Source of the DNA: Octopus sinensis
Lineage: Eukaryota
Reading direction: 5' to 3'
DNA length: 64,000 nt
NCBI RefSeq assembly: GCF_006345805.1
Contig: NW_021833289.1
Coordinates: 1 to 64,000 of the forward strand
The notes beneath the pieces are model-generated. The model had not been told where the DNA came from. It saw only the letters and a list, made by a program, of their open reading frames with translations, and ran no database searches. Every line of letters starts with the position of its first letter. The stretch's first letter is position 1. Positions 1 through 10,283 of the stretch are shown here, piece after piece. The translations under genes were made by a program, and so were the position numbers.

Positions 1-861
1 GAAGAATGGCAGAGTGGATTGTGAGATGACTTAGACTAAGAATAAAGGATGTCAAGTGTTCCATCAGGAAAATATTTGATCTTAGTCGCCGTGATTAATG
101 CTGCCGGCTATGGTTGCTATATACAGCCGAGTTCGGTTTTGAACCGGACCCAAGCTAAAGGATCCACACAGAGAAAGTTGATTCTTTACACTAGATGAGT
201 TATTCGGAGATGGACAACTTCGAAGGCGAATTCCTTCGAAGAATGAGAAACGATATGTAATCATCTGGAAAAGTTCTGGAGGGACGTTGAAGAACATGTC
301 GGATGGGAGTGTGGTAGAGAAGTCATGTCAAAATTGCAGTTACTGCGTCAGTGAGATGCTGTTTTGAATGTAGCGCTGCTGCGGCGACATTGCTGCATAC
401 GGCCCGGATGTAGAGTGAGATAATGAAGTGGTTTATAATGTCGTCTGGGGTGTAAAGTAACAGTGACGTTAAGTTGTCCTTCATTTCATTCTTCCTCTAT
501 CACTTTCTCTCTCCCACTCATTCACACTCGCTCCTCTACGAGAAATACATAAAACATCAAAACAAATTTAATCAAATCCTGACGTCCATGATGGTATCGT
601 CTGCTCCAGTGAAACTCGAGTCGCCATTAAAAAAAGACTAATGCTTGAGATAGAAATCTCTTGTATAGTAAGCTAGTCGTTCTACTATTTCAAACAAACA
701 TTAGCAATTACAACATATTATCGCTTTTATTTGGGAGAAAAGGGATTTAAGTTATCCACAGATTAGGATTAACTTTGAGCGGGAGATATTCAACACCTCA
801 TTGTTTTTGTTAAAGAATCAGACATGTGATATCACACAACAGCACACGCCTGTCTGTGAAA

Positions 862-958
862 AGAGAGGAGGAGGAGGAGGAGAGAAGGAGAAGAGAAGAA
901 GAAGAAGAAGAAGAAGAAGAAGAAGAATATGAAGAAGAAGAAGAAGAAGAAGAAGAAG
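862..958. repeat. (GAG)n/(GAA)n microsatellite
   Basis: Direct read of the sequence; explains the poly-Glu ORF 826..1062. Confidence 0.95.
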
Positions 959-1004
959 GTTTATATGATTGCTTTAGTGAATTCCTTCAGATATTTTTAC
1001 AATT

Positions 1005-1380
1005 TCTACTTATTTCAGTCTGGACTGTGGCCATGCTGGGGTACCGCTTTGAAGGGTTTTAGCTAGACAAATCGACCCCAATACTTACTTTCTTTTAAGC
1101 CTGGTACTTATTCCATCGGCCTCTTACCAAACTGCTAATTTACGAGGACGTAAACAAACCAGCACTGGTTGTCAAGCGGTGGCGGTGTGACACACACGCA
1201 TACATACATACACACATATATACGACGGGCTTTCACACAATTTCCGTCTACCAAGTTCACCGAGAAGGCATTGGTCAGCCCAAGACTATAGTAGAAGTAA
1301 CGCAAAGTGCCGCGCATGGGACTGAACCTGAAACCACACGGCTGCTGAGCAAGTGTCTTAATCATATAGCCATGCCTTGG
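1005..1380 (-). mobile_element. tRNA-derived SINE family A (degenerate copy)
   Basis: Reverse complement of the family seen at 6627-7040 (ggctatatgattaag...ggttcagtccc head, ctatagtcttggg core, ccagcatggccacagtc tail). Confidence 0.85.
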
Positions 1381-3014
1381 CCAGTGTAAAAGAATTAATT
1401 TAAAATGGTCAAGAGAATCTGAACGTTTGCTACACAATACTGTTAGTATTATCTCTTTTGGATAGAGAGGAATGAGAAAACAACTTCTGTAGCAAGGCTC
1501 CTTCTGAGTTTTGAACCATTGAGCTCAGGTTATCCACTTCAGGACCGTGGCCGACCATGCTGCAGTAAAAGGCAAGGCTTGTTTGGGAAAAATTGTGTAG
1601 TCATTGAAAGGCATTAGCGTCTACGTGAACATGGCTTGACCAGTCAAACCAGCTGGTGTGTAAACCAAGTGAGCTAAAATCTTCCCGCCTAATAGTTTGG
1701 TCGAATCTTCTAGAATAACTCCGTTGGGTTATAAAAAGCTGGTGAACTGAACCCCCCAACAGAATCATCCAGAAGTCTACACGAAGCCATGTAACTCTCT
1801 TCTCTGTGAGTTGGTCTCTCACCCTCTTCTAATTTTCCTTACTTAACATGTATGTGTGGTATTCGACAAAATACACCAGCCTTTGGTTGTATTGTACTTA
1901 CACGCAGTAGTTTTAACTGTCTGCTTATTTGGTCTTCAATAATTACGAACTACTTTCATAATATTGCCTAACATTTTGTATCACAGAAGACATTTAACTA
2001 TTCTGTTCGTTCTCTCATAAATGTCGTTGTGCACACATGTAAATATAAAGGTTGTGGTTTAATAAAAAAATATATGAAATCTCAAATATACATTAGTGTG
2101 GTCGTTCTCATCTTTACATGTAGCCTACCTAATATAGTGTACTACTAACGACGAATTAATAAACTCAAAACCTACTAAACTTCTAAATTTACATCACTGG
2201 TAAATGTGACTTCAATTTCCTCCAGTCAGGCAAAAGGACAAACTTTACAGAGTTTTTCTATCAAGAGAATCTCAATTCACAAAGGTCTCAGAAAACAGCT
2301 GGAGAGGAACGGAAATATAGTTACAGATATTAAAAACAAAAAAATGAAAGAAAATGCTATTTTGTTTAGGGAATAGAAGTCAAAAGAAAATATATATACC
2401 ATTTCATTTAAATAGCGTAAATAATTATGAAAGTAATTAAACAAATTAGCAGTAGCTATGGAAATTAGAGCTCTTTTGGAAAACTATAAGAAGTTGGGAG
2501 TTAAGAGAATGATAGAATATGTAATTTCTTTTTAATCTTTTTTAAGTGTTTGATTTACGAGAAAGCGGCGTCCGCAGAAGTAGTTGTAAAAGTACAGTCT
2601 TAGGAGAGAATGTCTTTGAAAAACTATATTCTTTATTATAACTTTCTTCGGTATACCTTGAGAGTTGTTCTCTATTTATTTTTACACCAAGAAATGAATA
2701 CGCCCTAGACAGAAACACACGAACTTTCGTTAGCGATTGAAATTGTTGGGAGTTTATGAAAAGAATAGTGTATATGGAAAACGCTTTAAGCCACTGCTAC
2801 TCAAAATGGTGGTCCGCGAACCATCGGCTGCCGGTACGCGGCGAGTTTCCAGCAAAGAAGAAAAATTATAAAATGCTTATGTAATATTGTATTATTTGTT
2901 TACAAAATAAATATAAGATAAACAAAAATTGTCAACTTTTATCATATTCATTATATATAAATAGAAATAATATATTTCTAAATCTCTCAAAGAGATTTAT
3001 GCAGTAGTGATACG

Positions 3015-3215
3015 ATAAAGTAGTTGTATGTTGTCAACTTAATGTGACAGTCCCATGAAGGGAATCCCACCACTGCTATTTAGCCCTAGGAAGCAGCAAC
3101 GCTTCCTGTCGGCCTTGACACATTTCCTGTGTCCTTATGTTTACAAGGGGGAGATAAGCACCGCCACCCAGAGACTAGTTTCTGAGGCTTTGCTCGTCCT
3201 TAGTCAGGAGTAGCA
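3015..3215 (-). mobile_element. Short hammerhead-bearing element (Penelope-like/retrozyme-like)
   Basis: Homologous to 26225-26445 and (reverse complement) 61420-61642: shared gtatgttgtcaacttaatgtgacag, tttagccct, ctgtgtccttatgttt, gactagtttc motifs. Confidence 0.7.
3168..3209 (-). ncRNA. Degenerate minimal type-I hammerhead ribozyme
   Basis: Minus strand UCCUGA-CUAAGGA-CGAGCAAAGCCUCA-GAAA-CUAG-UC-UCUGG; aligns base-for-base with the intact copy at 26382-26424; core G5->A, one helix I mismatch. Confidence 0.55.
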
Positions 3216-3342
3216 TGGCCTGCTAGAATTCTTATGTTTACAAGAGCTAGATAGGCATCTCCAACTAGCAGGCCATGCCACTCCGCGTTTCGAAGGTAAA
3301 CTTACTTGGAACTGGATGCGTGGCGTGCAATCAAATAAGAAT

Positions 3343-3426
<84 letters not shown>

Positions 3427-3574
3427 ATATATATATTATAATATTATAATTAATAATGGGTGAGAGAATTAGATACTAATTAATAGCATATCTATTCAAC
3501 ACCAAGTGGCCCAGTGCCTCGAGAAACCTGGATTTTATAATATTTTATAAATATTATAATATTTTATACAAAAA

Positions 3575-3743
3575 TAAATATAAGAGAATGGTCACTATGT
3601 GGCTCATTCTAGCACTAGAAAATCCAAAAGGTTTCAACCAAAAATACATGTTTCCTGTATAGGAAACATGTATTTTGTGGTTGAAACCTTTTGGATTTTC
3701 TAGTGCTAGAATGAGCCACATAGTGACCATTCTCTTATATTTA
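3575..3743. repeat. Near-perfect inverted repeat (82/83-bp arms, 4-nt loop gtat)
   Basis: taaatataagagaatgg...catgtttcct GTAT aggaaacatg...ccattctcttatattta; one 1-nt indel between arms. Confidence 0.95.
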
Positions 3744-3779
3744 ATTATATATATATATATATATATATTAATATATATT

Positions 3780-4201
3780 ACTCTTTTACTTCTTTCAGTC
3801 ATTTGACTGCGGCCATGCTGGAGCACCGCCATTTTTTAGTCGAGCAAATCGACCCCGGGACTTATTCTTTTTGTAAGCCCAGTACTTATTCTATCGGTCT
3901 CTTTTTTGCCGAACTGCTAAGTGACGGGGACGTAAACACACCAGCAACGGTTGTCAAGCAATACTAGGGGAACAAAACACAGACCACAAACACATACATA
4001 TATATATTATATATATATATATTATATATATACATACATATATACGACAGGCTTCTTTCAGTTTTCCGTCTACCAAATCCACTCACAAGCTTTGGTCGGC
4101 CGAGGCTATAGCAGAAGACACTTGCCCAAGATGCCACGCAGTGGGACTGAACCCGGAACCATGTGGTTGGTAAGCAAGCTACTTACCACACAGCCACTCC
4201 T
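3780..4201 (-). mobile_element. SINE family A, full length
   Basis: Reverse complement of head ggagtggctgtgtggtaag...ggttccgggttcagtccc (A/B-box-like), internal (TA)n, (AAAGAGT)n-type tail. Confidence 0.9.
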
Positions 4202-4781
4202 ACAGGACGTCACCAACAGTAAAGAACATGAAACACGAAACAAATGAGTTCAGTACGGAAACAACGAGAGAAACAACTGGAAAACAGGACAAGTAACATA
4301 AAGAACGACCCTTCATCAGTTGTCGGCTGCCTATCAGCTCCTCATTTCGAGCACTGAATATATATATATATAATATTCTAAGCTAAACAAGCTTAAACAA
4401 ACTGTAAGATTGCTTTAGCACACTTGAATGTGACGGTAACATACTTGAAGCCGACAAAGGCACCCTCAGCCAACTCAGATAGTCTCAGATAGCTAAGACA
4501 TCCTCAGATAACTGGCAACTCTCTCAGATAACAACAGGCTTATTCAGATAACACTAAACAAAACAAAACAAAAAAACACACACACACAGTGAAGTCTGAG
4601 GGGTTACAGTCGCTGCGAGAGTAATGTGATTATAAATGTAATTCTTCGGAACCATTTATGGAAATGTGAAGAATTTTGGGGGATCTGGGTTTGGAAGGAA
4701 GCAAATAATTACCTTCCAAATATGCCAAGATTCTGAACAGCTCCCTTTTCTTTTATTTTTTAGAACACCCACTCAACGTAC

Positions 4782-4854
<73 letters not shown>

Positions 4855-5389
4855 CACACACACACACAAATTACCTGATAACAGGGAGGTGTGTGTATGG
4901 GGGGTGGAGGGTGGAGGAATGAGCTCAGGTGATTTCAATAGGAATGACGCAGTTTTTAGATCCCAGAACCTGGCCCTTCCCGCCGCCGCCGCCGCCTCCA
5001 ATCTGACCTACTTCGTAGCACAACCATTAAAATAGGGATCATAAGTCGGTGGGAGCTGCGGGGGTGGGGAGTCGGTAAGGGGCTGAGGGGGGTCGGGTGT
5101 GGGCGGGGTGGGGGACAAACAGACATGTGTCTGTTTAGAGTTGGTAAGGGATAAGGGAGTTGCATCAGAAGTAAAAAAAAAAGGGTGGGGGGGCGGATGT
5201 AAGGGGGTGGAAATGGTAATTATTTGAAAGAATGCAGAAATAGAGAAAGAAAGGGTGGGTGGGTGGGTAGGTGGAAAGGGGGTATGGAAAGGGTATCGGT
5301 GTTTGAGGGGTGAGCGGCGATAAGGGGGTAACAGGGAAGAACAATGAAATCGGCAACAACCATAACCCCGTTTTCAGCATTACCATCAA

Positions 5390-5511
5390 CACCGCCATCA
5401 CCACCTCCACCACCATCACCACCTCCACCACCATCACAATCACAACCATCATCATCATCATCATCATCATCATCATTATCATCATCATCATCGTTATCAT
5501 CATCGTCATCG

Positions 5512-5568
<57 letters not shown>

Positions 5569-5645
5569 CTACGATCACCACCACCTCCACAACCACCACC
5601 GCCACCACCGCCGCCATCATCAACAACATCGTAAACATCAACGGT
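5390..5645. repeat. (CAC)n/(CAT)n compound microsatellite
   Basis: Direct read; source of the poly-Ile/poly-Met/poly-Ser ORFs. Confidence 0.95.
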
Positions 5646-5699
5646 ACCCCCCCCCCAACATTGCCACCAGCATTATGAGGTAGCCTCTACATGGACTTC

Positions 5700-5910
5700 A
5701 ATATGCTGAAAATAGCAGCCAGATCTTCCAAAACCATAATTTCCGATCTGAAGAAAAAAAAAAAAAAACCAAACAAACGTGTTGGATAACATGACTCTAA
5801 GTTTCTCTGTGTGCAGGAAAAAATAAAACAGGACGATCACGGCTGGATTGCCCTTGATCATAGATCGATCAAGATTGGCTTGGGAGTGAACAACGACATC
5901 AACATCGAGA
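5700..5910 (+). mobile_element. Dispersed unclassified repeat (gaaaatagcagcc...ggatggtcatggctgga...gatcataggtctg family)
   Basis: The same motifs recur at about 29630-29770 and 58725-58880, and in reverse at 19400-19560 and 43000-43160. Confidence 0.6.
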
Positions 5911-5919
5911 GTTGACAAA

Positions 5920-6220
5920 GAAGAGGGAGAGAGAGTAAGAGAGAGGGAGAGAGAATGAGTAAGTCAATGAAAGGGAGGGAAGGAGAGAGAGAAAGAGTGA
6001 GTCAATGAAAGGGAAGGAGAGAGAGAGAGAGAGAGTGAAAGATAGAGTGAGAGAGAGAGAGTGAAAGATAGAGTGAGTGAGAGAGAGTGAAAGATAGAGT
6101 GAGTGAGAGAGAGAGAGAAAGATAGAGTGAGAGAGAGTAAGAGAGAGAGTGAGTGAATGAGTAAGTCAATGAAAGGGAGGGAGAGAGAGAGAGAGAAAAA
6201 GACGGTGAGAGAGAGAGAGG
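5920..6220. repeat. GA-rich low-complexity tract
   Basis: (GA)n with repeated gaatgagtaagtcaatgaaaggga and gtgaaagatagagtga units. Confidence 0.9.
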
Positions 6221-6626
6221 CTGACATGACAGGGGGAAAATGGGACACAAGCGGAGATTAGAAGTGTAAAGATACGCGTTTAGAGAGGATTGATAACAGA
6301 TCAGGTGAGGGTAGTGGGTGAAATCCGGGTGGATGAGATAAAGTTGTCTGTGAGTAGTGGTGGATCTAACCGATAAAAATAATATATGGGGGAATAAGTT
6401 GGGACAACTTTTACCCCCCCCCCCTATCTTTTCTGAGAGTCCTAAAGAAAGGGCGTGGCTTTATTATGAAGTTGTGAAAGGACAATGACATCTGGAGGTG
6501 GTTATGGAAGACGAGAGGGGAAAGGAATTGCAACGGGCCATGTTTTATCTCCAGTCTCGAGCTAACCGACTTTTTCGTTTACCACATGAAACGGAAAAAT
6601 AAGGCTGGAAGAAGAAATGCCCTGTC

Positions 6627-7040
6627 GCAGGAATGGCTGTGTGGTAAGTAGCTTGCCTACCAACAACATGGTTCCGGGTTCAGTGTCCCACTGCGTGGCA
6701 CCTTGGGCAAGTGTCTTCTGCTATAGCCCCGGGCCGACCAATGCCTTGTGAGTGGATTTGGTAGACGGAAACTGAAAGAAGCCTGTCGTATATATGTATA
6801 TATATATATGTGTGTGTGTATATGTTTGTGTATTTGTGTTTGTCCCCCTAGCATTGCTTGACAACCGATGCTGGTGTGTTTATGTCCCCGTCACTTAGCG
6901 GTTCGGCAAAAGGAGACCGATAGAATAAGTACTAGGCTTACAAAAAGAATAAGTCCCGGGGTCGAGTTGCTCGACTAAAGGCGGTGCTCCAGCATGGCCG
7001 CAGTCAAATGACTGAAAGAAGTAAAAGAGTAAAGAGTAAA
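6627..7040 (+). mobile_element. SINE family A, full length
   Basis: tRNA-like head (tggctgtgtggtaag; ggttccgggttcagt), ttgggcaagtgtcttc core, internal (TA/TG)n, gtaaaagagtaaagag tail; about 20 related copies in the window. Confidence 0.9.
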
Positions 7041-7528
7041 GAGAGTCGCAAAGTGAGTTTCGTAAAAGATGGAAGTCTGTAGCAAGTAATGTTGCGAGTG
7101 AAAGAACTTGTTTAAACGAGAATATAAAAGGAGAAAGCAACGTCTTCGGTGTGAGTATGTGGTTCGTAGGGTCAACCGCGTCCTCCGCTTCATTTTTTGT
7201 TAATCACTCATTCTCATCTGATTGTATATATTTTAATTGTTTGTTTATTCATACGTTTCGTCTCATTCGATACCCTGACCCCAATGTTTGTTTTGTCTGT
7301 CCTCCTATCGTCCCCTCTTTCCCCCAACTTCATGGTTCATAAAGAAATTGACATATATATTTCGTTTTTGGATTTGGTTTGCAAGATTCTTTCTGTGTCA
7401 AGACTATTGAAAAGGTTGCAAGACGCAATGAAAATTTTAGGAAAATGAAAATAAGAAATAAGTGGAAATTTTACCGGTGAGTGTGTTAAATTATAAGGCA
7501 CTAAAAGAAAATTACTCTCCCCAGACAT

Positions 7529-7564
<36 letters not shown>

Positions 7565-7623
7565 ACACACACACATAATCACGACTATCAAACGAACGGG
7601 AACGTGAAATTCGGAGTAGCAGT

Positions 7624-7710
7624 TTTTTGTGATGCTTTTGTGAAATTTTTGTGACTTTTTTGTGATGTTTTTGTGATAGTTTTGTAATATTTTTGCGATG
7701 TTTTTGCAGG
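7624..7710. repeat. ~11-bp minisatellite (TTTTTGTGA..)n
   Basis: About eight degenerate ttttgtga units in tandem. Confidence 0.75.
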
Positions 7711-8029
7711 TTTAATAATAAAGCATATTACTCTAACTCCGGTATTCGAGTACTATTTTTTTTACCTCACCTTGTTGCACATTTATGTGGTTAGTCTGGT
7801 ATATATAATTTAAATTTTGGCACAATGCCAGCAGTTTCAGTGTGGTGGGTATGTCGATTACATCGACCCCCCAGAGTTCAAGTGGTACTTACTTTATCGA
7901 TCCCCAAATGGTGAAAGGCAAAGCCGACCTCGGCGAAGGACCGCTCAGCATTTGGCACGGCACAGTAACGATTCTACCAGCTCGCCGCCTTTACACACGC
8001 ACACACACACACACATATATATCACCGTG

Positions 8030-8310
8030 TCCGACCAGGCTATCAGATGTTGCTACACATCGCTGGTCACAATGCGCTTTGCATTGTTTTAGGCTTCAAA
8101 TGACGTCACCCTGCTGGCTAAGCGAGCAGGCCAACAGAAGAAAGTTGTGGAGAAAGAGTACAGCAGGGTTCGCCACATAACCCTGCTGGAGCCTTCTGGA
8201 GCTTTTAGGCGTTTTCACTCAATAAACGCTCACAATGCTCTGCCTGGGAATCGAAACTGCGATCCTACACCGCGAGTCCGCAGCCCTAACCACTGGGCCA
8301 TTGTGCCTCC
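8030..8310 (-). mobile_element. tRNA-derived SINE family C (variant tail)
   Basis: Reverse complement of ggaggcacaatggcccagtggttagggc...ggtttcgattccc head, as at 24068 and 48541. Confidence 0.8.
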
Positions 8311-8369
8311 ACACACACGCACACATACACGCACACACACACACACTCATATATCTGTACATGGTGAAG

Positions 8370-8700
8370 GCGCGTGTTTTGGTGGATTTGGCTCACAATC
8401 CTAAGGCTGTGAGTTCGATTCCCGGCAACGCGTTTTGTCCTTGAGCAAGACACTTCATTTCACATTGCTCCAGTGAAAACCACTGACAAAAAGTGAGTTG
8501 TACCTGTAATTCAAAAAGGGGCCAGCCTTGTCACATTCTGTGTCACGCTGACTCTCCCTGAGGATTATGTTACGGGTACGTGTGTCTGCGGAGTACTCAG
8601 CCACCCGTGTGCGTTAATTTCCCGAACAGGCCGTGCCATTGTTCGGATTTACTGGAATAATGGTCGTCGTAGTCGACGGAGAACCGGTCCTCACTATGTA
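8370..8700 (+). mobile_element. SINE family C-related copy
   Basis: gagttcgattccc B-box-like, ccttgagcaagacacttc core, cagccttgtcacattctgtgtcacgctga body shared with 24068-24445 and 31368-31640. Confidence 0.75.
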
Positions 8701-8706
8701 CATATT

Positions 8707-8971
8707 AGGCGTAGGAGTGGCTGTGTGGTAAGCAGCTTGCTTACGAGCCACATGGTTCCGGGTTCAGTCCTACTGCGTGTCACCTTGGGCTAGTGTCTTC
8801 TGCTATAGCCCCGGGCCGACCAATGCCTAATAAGAAGTTTGCTTCCCAACCACATGGTTCCGGGTTCAGTCCCATTGCGTGGCACCTTGGGCAAGTGTCT
8901 TCTGCTATAGCCTCAGGCCGACCAAAGTCTTGTGAATGGATTTGGGAGACGGAAACTGAAAGAAGCCCATC

Positions 8972-9022
<51 letters not shown>

Positions 9023-9260
9023 TGTGAGTGTGTGCGTGAGTGTGTTTGTCCCCCAAACATCGCTTGACAACCGATGCTGGTGTATTTACGTCCCTGTCAC
9101 TTAGCGGTTTGGCAAAAGAGAGGCCGATAGAATAAGTACTAGGCTTACAAAGGATAAGTCCTGGGGTCGATTTGCTCGACTAAGAGGCGGTGCTCCAGCA
9201 TGGCCGCAGTCAAAATGACTGAAACAACAAGTAAAAAAGAGTAAAGAGTAAAAGAGAGAG
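8707..9260 (+). mobile_element. SINE family A with duplicated 5' part
   Basis: Head 8707-8830 followed by a second head and the full body. Confidence 0.85.
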
Positions 9261-9748
9261 GCCATGCGGCCATTGTTCGGATTTACTGGAATAATGGTGG
9301 TCGTAGTCGACGGAGAACCGGGCCTCTCTATGTACATATGCATGTATGTATGTATGTACGCACACATACATGCAAAGATATATACCCACATGCACATTGC
9401 ATCTGTGTGTGCTGTGTGTGTAAGGTTAAGACCTGTCGGTTGTCTGGTGCACTTTATCTAAGATTGCGTAGGCATCAATGATATAAATAAACGGATAAAA
9501 AAGCTTCACAAAGAACGAAATAAATAACACCATCCTGGTTTTGACCTTCAAAAAAACTGGGAAGGAATTTGAAAGAGAGAATAAAGAAGGATTTTAAGGA
9601 AGGGTTTTTAAGTGAAAGTAAAACTCGTCGGTGCATTTCGAGTTATGCAGTTAATAGTGTCTCGTCATTCCATCAGAATTTCAAAGATATATGAGTTAAT
9701 TAGCAGGTTTTTTTTGTCTCTTAACATTTACGAATACACACATACATA

Positions 9749-9799
<51 letters not shown>

Positions 9800-10019
9800 G
9801 CACGCATAGATATTTACTTATATGTAAACACACACATGCACAAATAGATACAACACACATCCATATACACATACATAAGTATATACTTGTAAATATATAG
9901 ACATTTATATACATACACGACGTGGTACACACATAAGCATAAATACACGTATAAAATCGTATAAATGAGTGCGTGCGAAATAGAGAGAAAGAGAGAGATA
10001 TACACATATAAGGACATTT

Positions 10020-10235
10020 ATATATATATTGTTAATCCAAACAAGAAAACAAAAACAAAAAAACAACAACAACGCAAGGACGTGGAACAAATAAAGTATT
10101 ATTGGACGCTCAGGAACGAAGGAGGGTTTGACGTTTCGAGCGGAGCTCTTCGTCGGAAACATAGGAGAAGGAAAGATCCCGAGAAGAGAAGACAGAGGAA
10201 AAAAATCGCCAATGGTACACACGAGGTCATGCATA
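10020..10235 (-). mobile_element. Penelope-like terminal fragment in (TA)n
   Basis: Flanked by (TA)n on both sides, carries a hammerhead motif, and is similar in layout to 19130-19320. Confidence 0.55.
10126..10160 (-). ncRNA. Minimal type-I hammerhead ribozyme (U4C variant)
   Basis: GUUU-CCGACGA-A-GAGC UCC GCUC-GAAA-CGUC|AAAC: helix I 4 bp, helix II 4 bp, palindromic ACGU helix III, GUC site. Confidence 0.65.
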
Positions 10236-10237
10236 TA

Positions 10238-10278
<41 letters not shown>

Positions 10279-10283
<5 letters not shown>

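Noticed and set aside
1-480. Complex GC-richer sequence as coding exon or LINE fragment
   Set aside because: Stops occur in all frames over the segment and I recognised no diagnostic motif; possibly a decayed retroelement but unsupported.
585-650. GAAACUCGAGUC palindromic helix III motif
   Set aside because: No CUGANGA at the required position; only half of a core.
5817-5915. Apparent terminal exon EKIKQDDHGWIALDHRSIKIGLG...
   Set aside because: The sequence matches a dispersed repeat also present at about 58725-58800 and elsewhere in the window.
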